Assembly: GCA_937952975.1 (NCBI GenBank)
Contig: CALFXX010000122.1
Span: 425 to 64,424 of the forward strand
DNA: 64,000 nucleotides
Source: an uncultured Alcaligenaceae bacterium
GTDB taxonomy: Bacteria > Pseudomonadota > Gammaproteobacteria > Burkholderiales > Burkholderiaceae_B
Reading direction: 5' to 3'
Position numbers and translations under genes: made by a program. Position 1 is the stretch's first letter. The number at the start of each line of letters is the position of its first letter. Shown one piece after another: positions 28,141-37,628 of the stretch. The notes under the pieces were generated by a model. That model was not told where the DNA came from. It searched no databases and saw only the letters and a list, made by a program, of their open reading frames with translations.

Positions 28141-28737
28141 CTACTGGCATTGATAATCGATCCGCTCTACGCTGTTTCTAAACGGATCCGTCAAATCATC
28201 AGAGTACTTGCCCATCAGTAAACGTTGCTTAGGCAAAAAATGGGCTCGAAAATATCGACTACTACTAGCAATCGTTTGCCCCCAAGTCGTGAGCTTGACA
28301 CAACCGTCTTTGATTTCAAGGGTGCCGGACTGTTGTTGTTCAGTAAGGCGTACGTCGACTAAACGGTGCTCTTTGACGTACTCTTGAGTAAACACTTGAT
28401 CAAACGCATCAAGCTTGATACCGCCGCCACGTTGTTGTAGTTTTTCTAGAATATAAAACGATAGCGAGCGATCAATGACGGTAGGCACTGAAATCGCAAA
28501 CGAATAACCTAGCAACAACCAGATGCAGCAAAGCTGCAAGATTTCAAAGCGCGTAAATACCTTTAACCAGCGTATCATTACAACCAAGGTGATGGCTAAT
28601 ACAGTAGCGAGTACGGCGTCTAGGATTGCGCTGTAAAAAACGACATTGACGGGTACATAGCGTACGTGCAGCACGTAAATTGCTAGCAACAGAATCGAAT
28701 ATACCGCTGTCGCGATGACAAGTTTGAGATATTTCAT
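28141..28737 (-). CDS. Small membrane protein (198 aa: three predicted TM segments plus a ~110-aa soluble C-terminal domain), family not recognised
   Basis: Last gene of the ugd-uxs-GT2-gtrA string, with a 4-nt overlap to gtrA. Hydrophobic segments are LVIATAVYSILLLAIYVL, VFYSAILDAVLATVLAITLVVMI and ILQLCCIWLLLGYSFAISV. Confidence 0.5.
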   Translation of the reverse strand: MKYLKLVIATAVYSILLLAIYVLHVRYVPVNVVFYSAILDAVLATVLAITLVVMIRWLKVFTRFEILQLCCIWLLLGYSFAISVPTVIDRSLSFYILEKLQQRGGGIKLDAFDQVFTQEYVKEHRLVDVRLTEQQQSGTLEIKDGCVKLTTWGQTIASSSRYFRAHFLPKQRLLMGKYSDDLTDPFRNSVERIDYQCQ

Positions 28738-29150
28738 ACTTTAAAGACTATGCGCTTATTGCCCCAATAGCTACACAACACCTGCATTCCCGTGGCCACA
28801 ATAAAGCCAGCAACATAGTTTAGGTGGTAGTGATCAGCCCACACATACATCAGGGCGCCATGCAACATGGAGATCGCTGCGTACAAAAAAATAAAACGAT
28901 ACACCTGCTCAAACAAAGGCTCTGCGGAACGTTGAAAAACAAAGTAACGGCTGCCTAAAAACGATGCGGCGATCCCAAAGACAGCTGCCACCAAATTAGC
29001 GATGCCAGCAGAACCCCAGCCTAATACTTTTAAATTAAAAGTCAGCACGGCAAAATGCACCGCCGTGGCGGCTAAGCCATTAATAAAATATCTGACTGAC
29101 TGCTGTTTAAGCAGGGCTACTACTTTACCGCGCACCGTGCTAAGCGACAT
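28734..29150 (-). CDS. GtrA-family small membrane protein (polyprenyl-phosphate-sugar translocation associated)
   Basis: 138 aa with four hydrophobic segments. RYFINGLAATAVHFAVL..FLGSRYFVF..WGNKRIVFK is the GtrA-like pattern. Confidence 0.8.
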   Translation of the reverse strand: MSLSTVRGKVVALLKQQSVRYFINGLAATAVHFAVLTFNLKVLGWGSAGIANLVAAVFGIAASFLGSRYFVFQRSAEPLFEQVYRFIFLYAAISMLHGALMYVWADHYHLNYVAGFIVATGMQVLCSYWGNKRIVFKV

Positions 29151-30144
29151 GCTTTACAACGTCGATATAAGCGCGGTAATCAATTTGATTTGGCGCTCCT
29201 GCACGTACGACACCTGTCAACATCAAGGTCATCAGTGTCAGTGCACCAGTTTGTAAAAATACCAATAACAAAATCCCTAAGGCGACTGAAAACCAACCTG
29301 GCGTCGCAAAACCTGCAAGCTTTAGCGCAATAGCGGCTGCGCTTGCGGCCACAGTAAATAAAGCCACAAAGGCGCAAATGATGCCCACACGCACCAATAC
29401 GTCTTCAGCAAATACCATCAAAGCCCTAAAGCCATGCAAGGCCAAGCCCACAAAATTCATTTTGCTTTTACCTGCAAAGCGCGGCCCGCGATCAATCGGC
29501 TGCGTTTGCACCCGCAGTTTTGACGTTAGTACGCAGGCCGCAACGTGCATCCAGAGCTCTTGCATCGCAGCCAAGCGCTTAAGCACTGCCGGCTTTAGGG
29601 CCATAAAGTTACCAAAGCTGATTTTGCGTCCAGTTAAAAACTGAAATAGCGCTTTGTAAACAACATAGAACGCTTTGAACCTTAAGGTCTCAACACGGCT
29701 TTTTCGCTGCGCCACCACGACATCAACTTTAGGTGATTGCATCGGTTCAACGAGCTCACGGATCGATTGAGGCGTGTCTTCACCATCCGAGTCCATCACG
29801 ATAGTGCAAGGCATGTCAGGAAAATGCTCAGCCACGTAGTTCAACCCAATCGCAATCGCACGTTGATGCCCAACATTGCGTTTAAGCGTAATCACCACGC
29901 CTTGAACGCCCGCGCTTTGCAAAGCTTCGATCTGCACGGGTTGATTGATTGAACCGTCATCTACCGCCACAACATATGCGCGAGTACCGTACTCAGCAAA
30001 TAGCTCTCTAAATAAGCGGGTCGAGGCCTCTTGATCTTCGTAAACAGGCATCACAACTGCAAAGTTGGCGTCAGTTGCGTTGGCGCCTGAACGCACGTCT
30101 GTGCTAGATGAGGTGTGAGCATCGCCTTGACCATGTGGGCTCAT
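29140..30144 (-). CDS. GT2 polyprenyl-phosphate glycosyltransferase (GtrB/ArnC/DPM1-like) with two C-terminal TM helices
   Basis: [23 protein letters not shown] (DxD) and RKSRVE, then two hydrophobic C-terminal helices. A ~27-aa polar N-terminal extension precedes the domain. Confidence 0.8.
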   Translation of the reverse strand: MSPHGQGDAHTSSSTDVRSGANATDANFAVVMPVYEDQEASTRLFRELFAEYGTRAYVVAVDDGSINQPVQIEALQSAGVQGVVITLKRNVGHQRAIAIGLNYVAEHFPDMPCTIVMDSDGEDTPQSIRELVEPMQSPKVDVVVAQRKSRVETLRFKAFYVVYKALFQFLTGRKISFGNFMALKPAVLKRLAAMQELWMHVAACVLTSKLRVQTQPIDRGPRFAGKSKMNFVGLALHGFRALMVFAEDVLVRVGIICAFVALFTVAASAAAIALKLAGFATPGWFSVALGILLLVFLQTGALTLMTLMLTGVVRAGAPNQIDYRAYIDVVKHVA

Positions 30145-31097
30145 ACCGCAATCGCCTCCTTAAAGTAAGCAATCGTGCGCACAAGGCCTTGCTCTAGTGC
30201 GACGGTAGGCTCCCAGTCTAAATGCTGCTTCGCTTTACTGATGTCCGGGCGACGCTGCTTAGGATCATCCTGTGGCAAAGGCATATGGACCAGTTTGCTT
30301 TTTGAACCCGTCAAACGCAACACTTTTTCAGCAAGCTCAATCATGGTGAATTCGCCAGGGTTGCCTAAGTTGATCGGCCCCACAACGCTGTCGGGCGAAT
30401 TCATCAACCTAATAAATCCCTCAACCAAATCATCCGCGTAGCAAAAGCTACGCGTCTGTGTACCGTCGCCATAAATGGTCAGGTTTTCACCACGCAAAGC
30501 CTGCACAATAAAGTTACTCACCACACGACCATCGTCTGCCGCCATACGCGGACCATAGGTATTGAAGATACGTACGACTTTGATGCGAAGGTTATAAGCG
30601 CGTTGGTAATCAAACCACAAAGTCTCAGCGGCGCGCTTGCCTTCGTCGTAACAGCTCCGAATACCAATTGTGTTGACATTACCCCAATACTCTTCAGGCT
30701 GAGGATGCACCGACGGATCACCATACACTTCAGACGTCGACGCCTGAAACACCTTGGCGCCTGTATTGCGTGCAAGCTCAAGCATATTGAGCGCACCCAA
30801 CACCGAGGTTTTCATGGTGTGGATGGGGTCGTATTGATAATGCACGGGCGAGGCTGGGCAGGCGAGGTTATAGATTTCGTCTAAGCCCGACATGCCCAGA
30901 GCTTGCACCGAAATGGGATCCACCACATCGTGCTGCACAAACTTAAAGTTTGGACTTGAGACAAGACCGACAATATTTTTTTTAGTACCTGTAAACAGGC
31001 TGTCGAGTGCAACCACTTGATGGCCTTGGGCTATCAAGCGATCGCACAGGTGCGATCCTAAAAAGCCTGCCCCGCCAGTAACAAGAATTTTTTTCAT
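30141..31097 (-). CDS. UDP-glucuronate decarboxylase (UDP-xylose synthase, UXS-type SDR)
   Basis: [30 protein letters not shown] and [12 protein letters not shown] (YxxxK) are characteristic of UXS/ArnA-decarboxylase-like enzymes. At 318 aa it has no formyltransferase domain. Confidence 0.82.
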   Translation of the reverse strand: MKKILVTGGAGFLGSHLCDRLIAQGHQVVALDSLFTGTKKNIVGLVSSPNFKFVQHDVVDPISVQALGMSGLDEIYNLACPASPVHYQYDPIHTMKTSVLGALNMLELARNTGAKVFQASTSEVYGDPSVHPQPEEYWGNVNTIGIRSCYDEGKRAAETLWFDYQRAYNLRIKVVRIFNTYGPRMAADDGRVVSNFIVQALRGENLTIYGDGTQTRSFCYADDLVEGFIRLMNSPDSVVGPINLGNPGEFTMIELAEKVLRLTGSKSKLVHMPLPQDDPKQRRPDISKAKQHLDWEPTVALEQGLVRTIAYFKEAIAV

Positions 31098-31208
31098 AAG
31101 AAGTGCGTCAAGCTCTTTTTGTAAATAGCATCAAACAATCGGTACGGCTTCAGGCAGTAGGGTTTCAAACTCGCTCGCTTGGCTTTTGCGCGATACTTAA
31201 TTTACAGA

Positions 31209-32561
31209 TTAAGCGCGGCCAACACCTGCGTAATAAAAGCCCGCTCCCTTTACCTTGGCAGGATCGATATGATTACGCCCATCAAAAAACAGGGCGCCTT
31301 TAACGGTAACTTTCAGTGCTTCGAAGTCAACTTTTTTATACTCAGCCCACTCTGTCACCAACACAACTGCGTCAGCATCTTTTGCAGCATCTATTGGGCT
31401 GTGTTCAAGGACTAGCTTACCGTTACGCAACAAATCAGCAAACACATGTTCAGCAACCTCGCGTGCGACGGGGTCGTGTGCAGCAACAGTTGCGCCCGCT
31501 TGACACAGCGCTCGAATCAAATCAATCGACGACGCTTCGCGCATATCATCGGTGTCGGGTTTAAACGCCAAGCCCCAGACGCAAACTTTGCGACCATCTA
31601 AGTCTTTCCCCATCTTGGCAACCAGTTGTTCAAACAGGTATTGCTTTTGTTTTTTGTTACGCGCCTCAACCCCATTGAGCACAATCGGATCAACACCCAC
31701 ACTTTGAGCAATACGCACCAAAGCTTGAACATCTTTAGGGAAGCACGACCCGCCATAACCGCAGCCAGGGCGTAAAAACGCGGGGCCAATTCGTGAATCT
31801 GAACCCATGCCGGCGCGCACGTCTTCAACATTGATACCAAAACGATCGCACACGTTGGCGATTTCGTTCATAAACGAGATGCGAGTGGCAAGCATCGCGT
31901 TTGAGGCGTACTTAATCAATTCGGCCTCTTTCACACCCACTGTCAACAACTGGCTCTCGTTTTTAACGTAAGGCTTGTAAAGCTTAACCAGCTGCGCTTT
32001 AGTGGTCTCGCTTTCGGTACCGATCACGATACGGTCTGGATTAAAGAAGTCATCGATTGCGGCGCCTTCTTTTAAAAACTCGGGGTTACTGGCCACATCA
32101 AAATCGATAAAACATTTGCGCTGAAACAATTGCCAGGCGATTTCACCCTTAACCAGATCGGCTGTACCAACGGGCACGGTTGATTTATTGATAATGATGG
32201 CGGGGCCGTCTAGCGTTTGGCCGATTTCTTTTGCTGCGGCTAATACATAGCGTAAATCTGCCGAGCCATCTTCGCCTTGTGGGGTGCCCACGGCGATAAA
32301 AATCAGATTTGGATTGGTGCTGTCGCTTTCAAGCTTGGTCAAACCGTTTTTGATGCTGTCTGAAAACTTTAAACTGCCACTGTCAATCGATCCATCAACC
32401 ACCTCTTTGAGGCCCGGCTCATAAATAGGGATGATGCCTTTTTCAAGGCGAGCGATTTTGCTGGGGTCGGTATCGACACAAACGACCGTGTTGTCTTTGC
32501 TAGACAGGCAGGCTGCGGTCACCAAGCCAACATAACCAGCGCCGACGACTAGAATTTTCAT
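31209..32561 (-). CDS. ugd: UDP-glucose 6-dehydrogenase
   Basis: MKILVVGAGYVGLV gives the Rossmann fold and GGSCFPKD holds the catalytic Cys. The 450-aa length fits. Confidence 0.9.
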   Translation of the reverse strand: MKILVVGAGYVGLVTAACLSSKDNTVVCVDTDPSKIARLEKGIIPIYEPGLKEVVDGSIDSGSLKFSDSIKNGLTKLESDSTNPNLIFIAVGTPQGEDGSADLRYVLAAAKEIGQTLDGPAIIINKSTVPVGTADLVKGEIAWQLFQRKCFIDFDVASNPEFLKEGAAIDDFFNPDRIVIGTESETTKAQLVKLYKPYVKNESQLLTVGVKEAELIKYASNAMLATRISFMNEIANVCDRFGINVEDVRAGMGSDSRIGPAFLRPGCGYGGSCFPKDVQALVRIAQSVGVDPIVLNGVEARNKKQKQYLFEQLVAKMGKDLDGRKVCVWGLAFKPDTDDMREASSIDLIRALCQAGATVAAHDPVAREVAEHVFADLLRNGKLVLEHSPIDAAKDADAVVLVTEWAEYKKVDFEALKVTVKGALFFDGRNHIDPAKVKGAGFYYAGVGRA

Positions 32562-32594
32562 GCTTGAGCTCTCAAAAGGGCAGGATCCCTTAGT

Positions 32595-35207
32595 TTATGC
32601 AATTTTTGTGACATCTTTACTTGAAATCACCCTAGAAAGCAGCTGTTGAGCGCTTTGCGCCCAAGTTTGCCGCTGAATATGCCTTGAATCGGGTGTTTTT
32701 TGCTCTTGGGTTAGCGCCAGCCAGCTTTGAACAACCGTGGCTAAGGCTGCGCCCTCGTCACCCGCAAAGTACAGGGCATGGTCTTGGGCGACTTCGCGAA
32801 AGACTGGGATATCTCGAGCAATAATGGGCAAACCGTGTCGCGCAGCCTCAATCAGGGGCAAGCCAAAACCTTCGGCCTCACTAGCGGCGATCAGGCAGCT
32901 GGCCGCGGTGTAAATTTTTTCAAGGTACTCATCGCTGGCTGACTGCACCCAAAACAGCTGACGGCCGAGTCGGGGGTGGGAACTTAAACGGTTGGTCAGC
33001 GCCTCGGTCAACCAGCCCGGTTTGCCGACGATGAGGAGGTTGGCAGCAACGTTTTGAGCCCAAAGTTGCTCGAAGGCGTCTAGCATTTGGCCATGACGCT
33101 TACGCGGTTCGAGCGTACCGACGGCTAAAAAGCTTGTTTGGGCGGCAAGTTGCTGTAACAGTTGTGGACCATCGTCGGGCACCCCTTTGCTGGGGATTGA
33201 GCTTTCAACATCAGCCCCAAGATGAAACCAGTCGATGCTGAACGACGGCGCGACAGCTGGCTGATTTTGTACCAACCATGCCTTTAATTCGGCGGCGACG
33301 GCTTGCGAAATACACACAGCACCATGCTGTTGAGACACCACGCGCAACCAGTTGCCGTATCTTTCAACAAGCTCTGGGGTAAAAGTGTCTTTAAGCTGCA
33401 AAGGCAACAGGTCGTAGACCACAAAATACACTCGAGCACCGGCTTGGCGGGCTTGGGTAAAAAATTGCTCGTGGTCTTGATCGATGTTGAAGTGCAGATC
33501 AAGGCCGAGGAAGATGTCGCCTTGTTGGGGGTGGATGTAAACATCTTGGTCAACAGCGGTATTGCCCGAGGGCACATCATGGAAATGGGTTGCTTCTGTA
33601 CCCCGCGCTTTGCCTGTGAAGTTCGGTAGATGACCATCACCAAACATGCGCCGAGTAAACGCCTCGGCGGTTTTATAACCCACAAGCTTGGCGGCGTAAA
33701 CCAACTCGACTTTATAGTCAGCATTCGCATCAGCATCGGTTAACAAATACTTAATTATGCTACGCACCACGCGCTGGATGCCTGACTTTGAGTCAGCGGC
33801 ATGCAACTCAGTAATATCGACAAACAATCTTGGGCGGGTATCTTGTCGAGGCAGCAAGCCAGCGACTAAGGATGCAGTTTCTTGTAACTCAACGGTCGGG
33901 CGCTGAAGCGTTTGCGCAAACGCTTCGATGCGGGCGGTTATTTCAGCGACCAGTACCGCAGGCGCTGGCCGCGCCTGCGCTTCCAACGCGCCATCCCGCT
34001 CTAACCGCTCTAAGGCCTCAAGCGCCTTGCGAGCTGTGTGATCCCACGAAAACGTTTGAACCTGCTGACGCCCATGCGCCGCCAGCAATCCCCGATAGGC
34101 CTCGTCGTTTAATACCTGAGTGATTTTGTTTGCTATGCTATCAACCGAAAACGGATCAAACAAAGCCTCGGGCAACCCAATTACCTCAGGAACACTCGAA
34201 TAGTTTGAGCCAATCGTGGGTGCACCGCAGGCCATCGCCTCAAGGGCGGTAAAACCAAAGCCTTCGCAATAGGTGGGCAAGATGTAAGCCTTACATAACC
34301 CATACAAAGCGCACAACTCTTGGTCAGTGATGCGCTGGGTGACGGTGACTTCGCTCGCATCTAAACCCGCCTGGCGGATCAATTGATTGACCTGCAAGAG
34401 CTGTGGAGCATTCAGGCCGCCGGCCAGCACCAATTGATGTGTTTGCCGGATTTCAACGGGCTGTGCAGCGTACGCACGCACCAAGCGATCAATATTTTTA
34501 CGTGGGTCAAACGCGCCGCTGTACAACAAAAAAGGGCGCGTAATGCCAAACTTTTGTTTCAACGCGGCCGACTGTTGAGAGGTCAAATCGACAACAACGA
34601 TGTCTTCGCCCAACGCTGCAGAGATATTGTGCACTTGGGCTGCCGGCAAACCTAGGTGTGCAATACCGTCGTTGCGCGAGGACTCTGAAATCGCAAACCA
34701 GAGGTCTGCCTTTTTAACTTGCCACAGGCGCTCGTAGTACCAATCTTGTGTGGTGGGGTCAACCAAATACTCGCTTTTGTATAACAGCGGGATCAAGTCA
34801 TAGAGAATCATCGCGGTAAACACCGGCGCGAGCGTACTGATACTGACAACCGTGTTGTCCCGAGAGCTGTCAAGCAAGCTACTAATGATCACGACGTCAG
34901 GCTTAAGCTCTGCAATGAAAGCTTCGCGCAGCAGCTCAGATACCTGTTTACGCCAACGATTTTCTGGCTTGCGCAAGTCAGTCGGACCAATGCCTGACCA
35001 GATTTTGATGGTGCATTGTGCGCAGTACTCACCTAACGCGTCTTGGGCATAGGTGATGGATTCAGGAAATAAATCACTGAGTAACACCACCACTTCGTGC
35101 GTGCCTTTATTGCGGATGAGCGCGCGTACAAAGGCAAGTGAATAACGCCCAATCCCACGATGGCGACTTTCGTTTTGCGCACCTTGCAGATCGACGACGA
35201 TTTTCAT
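32595..35207 (-). CDS. Two-domain GT4 glycosyltransferase (870 aa; WbdA-like architecture), candidate chain-extending mannosyl/rhamnosyl-transferase
   Basis: N-domain: MKIVVDLQGAQNESRHRGIGRY..ILPTYCEGFGFTALEAMACGAPTIGSN. C-domain: LFVDITELHAADSKSGIQRV..LIAASEAEGFGLPLIEAARHGLPIIARDIPVFREV. The C-domain is paralogous to 39984-41402. Confidence 0.85.
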   Translation of the reverse strand: MKIVVDLQGAQNESRHRGIGRYSLAFVRALIRNKGTHEVVVLLSDLFPESITYAQDALGEYCAQCTIKIWSGIGPTDLRKPENRWRKQVSELLREAFIAELKPDVVIISSLLDSSRDNTVVSISTLAPVFTAMILYDLIPLLYKSEYLVDPTTQDWYYERLWQVKKADLWFAISESSRNDGIAHLGLPAAQVHNISAALGEDIVVVDLTSQQSAALKQKFGITRPFLLYSGAFDPRKNIDRLVRAYAAQPVEIRQTHQLVLAGGLNAPQLLQVNQLIRQAGLDASEVTVTQRITDQELCALYGLCKAYILPTYCEGFGFTALEAMACGAPTIGSNYSSVPEVIGLPEALFDPFSVDSIANKITQVLNDEAYRGLLAAHGRQQVQTFSWDHTARKALEALERLERDGALEAQARPAPAVLVAEITARIEAFAQTLQRPTVELQETASLVAGLLPRQDTRPRLFVDITELHAADSKSGIQRVVRSIIKYLLTDADANADYKVELVYAAKLVGYKTAEAFTRRMFGDGHLPNFTGKARGTEATHFHDVPSGNTAVDQDVYIHPQQGDIFLGLDLHFNIDQDHEQFFTQARQAGARVYFVVYDLLPLQLKDTFTPELVERYGNWLRVVSQQHGAVCISQAVAAELKAWLVQNQPAVAPSFSIDWFHLGADVESSIPSKGVPDDGPQLLQQLAAQTSFLAVGTLEPRKRHGQMLDAFEQLWAQNVAANLLIVGKPGWLTEALTNRLSSHPRLGRQLFWVQSASDEYLEKIYTAASCLIAASEAEGFGLPLIEAARHGLPIIARDIPVFREVAQDHALYFAGDEGAALATVVQSWLALTQEQKTPDSRHIQRQTWAQSAQQLLSRVISSKDVTKIA

Positions 35208-36424
35208 GGTCGTGACACGCTACTTTTTTTTTGTAAACGCTGATAAATCTCTTGCGCCTCGGGAGTCAAGGTTTCAATGCGCGCGCGCGTTTGATAGGCT
35301 TGTTGAATCATTGCCGGGTCAAGCGGGATTTTGCGTTGCTCGGCTAACAAGGCGTGACGTTTGGCCACAATGAGCGCCTGCCGATGGCTGACTTTTTCTA
35401 GATAGTTTTGCACACGACTTAAACCCCGTCTTCCTGAAATACGTGCCAAGATTTGGCGGACCAATAGTCGATGCATTTTTTCAACGAACGCCGCTAGGCG
35501 CGTGCCAACACCCTCTTCCTTTAGCTGCTCAACTTGCTGCTCGGACCAACGAATCGGGCGCGTTACGCGCCACATAAACGAGCGATGAATCGCAGCCAAC
35601 GCAGCTTCAGCACGCGCGGCTGAGGCGGCTGCCTCTTGAATCTTGGTTTCGATTTGTTGGTCAAATAGACTGGCCAGGGTTTCAAGCGATAAGCCGTACT
35701 CGTAGTCAAACGCCTTGATCGTTAAGGGGATCGACAATCCTTCGCTTGATTTTTGTGCAATCACGGCATACAGGGGGCTAACGTCTTGCAATACATTTAA
35801 CAGCGATACGGGCTGCTGCGCCGCCAAGCTAAATTGCTCTTGTAACGGAATCGCCTTGCTCAGTGCAAACCCAGCATGCTCAGGCACAAACTCCAATAAC
35901 GCGCGCGGGATGGGTTGGCGACGCGTGGGGTCTAAGAAACCTAGATTACTGCTCGCGAAGATATTTTCAGGATTAACAGCCTGCAAGATCAGGAGGCCGC
36001 CTGGCGCTAAGACGCGCAGTGACTGTTGTACGACTTGCCTTAAAGCCTCAAATGGCAGGGCTTCAGCCAAACCAAAGCCTGAAATCAAAGCATAGCTTTG
36101 ATCTGGACAAGCTTGTAACGCTAGTAGTGCGTTTTGAACCTGCGCCTGTAAGCCTAAGTTCTGACAGTGCTCAATGCAGGCCGCGTCTTCATCAACCCCC
36201 AGTGCCGTAAAGCCAACATGAGTTAAGGTTTCAAGCCACTCGCCTTGACCACAACGCAAATCCAATGCCGCGGCTTTTGGGTACGCATGCAGCAAAGGAA
36301 AAACGAATGGTAAGTAGCAAAACAAACGCGCCTGAACTGTGGCGCGTGAACCATGAATTTTTGCGTGCCAGGCACGAGAAAAATGATCAAGCTCAGCTGA
36401 CAGTTCAGTCACGTAGCACCTCAA
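35204..36424 (-). CDS. Class I SAM-dependent methyltransferase with a long C-terminal coiled-coil region (WbdD-like candidate chain terminator)
   Basis: ALDLRCGQGEW..LGVDED gives SAM motif I and post-I. The last ~150 aa are Ala/Gln/Glu/Arg-rich and heptad-like (QQIETKIQEAAASAARAEAALAAI..). It overlaps the wzt 3' end by 20 nt and the next gene by 4 nt. Confidence 0.65.
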   Translation of the reverse strand: MRCYVTELSAELDHFSRAWHAKIHGSRATVQARLFCYLPFVFPLLHAYPKAAALDLRCGQGEWLETLTHVGFTALGVDEDAACIEHCQNLGLQAQVQNALLALQACPDQSYALISGFGLAEALPFEALRQVVQQSLRVLAPGGLLILQAVNPENIFASSNLGFLDPTRRQPIPRALLEFVPEHAGFALSKAIPLQEQFSLAAQQPVSLLNVLQDVSPLYAVIAQKSSEGLSIPLTIKAFDYEYGLSLETLASLFDQQIETKIQEAAASAARAEAALAAIHRSFMWRVTRPIRWSEQQVEQLKEEGVGTRLAAFVEKMHRLLVRQILARISGRRGLSRVQNYLEKVSHRQALIVAKRHALLAEQRKIPLDPAMIQQAYQTRARIETLTPEAQEIYQRLQKKSSVSRP

Positions 36425-37628
36425 TACTTGAGGGCAACCACGCCAGGCCTACAAAGTGGTCTTTACCGACATTCACAACGTTAAATACGATGGCCCGATC
36501 ACGCCACTCGTAATTTTTTTCGAGATGACTTTCTGAGTCGTGCAGCGCAAACGACATCGAGTATGACCCTACTCCAAAATTTGCGGGAAACCTTAGCCCA
36601 TAACGTATTGTTTGGCCCGAACGGATAGCGCTAATAATTTGCTTGGTATGAAAGGTATTGGTACCAAACACCGGCTGACCCAGACGATCTTTAATCTGAT
36701 AGCCAAAGACAAGTTCGGGCAAATCAGCAAAGGCTTCGACCTCGACCTCTATCTGTAAGACCTGCCCAACCTTCACTACCTCAACGGGTTTGCCGTCTTC
36801 ATCGCACAGGGTGGCTTTGATCACGCGCGCTTCGCCCGTACCAGAGATCGTCTGCACATTTCCGTCGTGACCGAGCACTTGCTGCACGTTGGTAGGGTCA
36901 CGCTCGGCAATCATGGCGTTGTAGTAATCCATCACCGTTTCGGGGCTACCTTGCATGGCTATTGAACCACCGCTTAGCAAGATCGCACGGTCACAAATAC
37001 CTTGAACCGCGCCCTTGTCATGCGACACGATCAACAGTGTTGTGCCAAGCTTGTTGTAGGCACGAATGCGATCAAAACTTTTGTGCTGAAAATAATTGTC
37101 GCCAACCGATAAGGCCTCATCCACAATCAGTATATCGGGGCGCCTTGCTGTGGCGACGCTAAACGCCAAACGCATTTGCATGCCACTTGAATACACGCGC
37201 ACCGGTTGATCGATGTAGATACCGATCTCGGCAAAGGCTTCGATCTCGGGCATCAGGCCGCGCATATCGTCAGCCGTTAACCCCAACAATTGCCCAGCCA
37301 TGATGGCATTTTGCCGGCCGGTAAAGTCGGGATGAAAACCCATGCCAAGTTCAAGCAAGGCAGCGATGCGACCCGTGACATTGACCGAACCAGTCGTGGG
37401 CTCGGTGGTGCCGGTAATCATTTTCAGTAGGGTGCTTTTGCCGGCGCCATTCATTCCAATGATGCCGATGGCTTCGCCTGGCTTGACTTCAAAACTCAGG
37501 TTTTGCAACACCCACTTTTGGGTATGTCGCGGTGGGCTAAACGGAATGAGCCATTCAGCCAAGCGCGCACCCCGGGTAGGGTATTGTTTATAGGCTTTGC
37601 CTAAATCGCGAACGCTAATCGTACCCAT
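36405..37628 (-). CDS. wzt: O-antigen/polysaccharide ABC transporter ATP-binding protein Wzt with a C-terminal (~150 aa) extension, putative glycan-cap-binding domain
   Basis: Walker A GMNGAGKST, signature YSSGMQMRLAF, Walker B ILIVDEALSVGD. It is 407 aa, against ~245 aa for the NBD alone. The beta-rich tail (VIKATLCDEDGKPVEVV..SYSMSFALHD) is consistent with a Wzt_C-type domain. Confidence 0.88.
   Translation of the reverse strand: MGTISVRDLGKAYKQYPTRGARLAEWLIPFSPPRHTQKWVLQNLSFEVKPGEAIGIIGMNGAGKSTLLKMITGTTEPTTGSVNVTGRIAALLELGMGFHPDFTGRQNAIMAGQLLGLTADDMRGLMPEIEAFAEIGIYIDQPVRVYSSGMQMRLAFSVATARRPDILIVDEALSVGDNYFQHKSFDRIRAYNKLGTTLLIVSHDKGAVQGICDRAILLSGGSIAMQGSPETVMDYYNAMIAERDPTNVQQVLGHDGNVQTISGTGEARVIKATLCDEDGKPVEVVKVGQVLQIEVEVEAFADLPELVFGYQIKDRLGQPVFGTNTFHTKQIISAIRSGQTIRYGLRFPANFGVGSYSMSFALHDSESHLEKNYEWRDRAIVFNVVNVGKDHFVGLAWLPSSIEVLRD

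Noticed and set aside
28141-28737. Calling the 198-aa membrane protein the GtrV/GT-C-type acceptor transferase of the Gtr-like module
   Set aside because: GT-C transferases are several-fold larger, with about 10 or more TM helices. This protein has about three TM segments, so it cannot be a conventional GT-C. It is reported as an orphan instead.
29961-29968. Matches to the RfaH ops core GGCGGTAG, read on the minus strand at 29961-29968 and at 51852-51859
   Set aside because: Both lie inside coding sequence (the GT2 gene, and antisense in the MFS gene), not in an operon leader. An 8-mer is expected by chance in 64 kb. No ops or JUMPstart-like element was seen in the actual leader regions (24297-24386, 41403-41543, 47024-47112).
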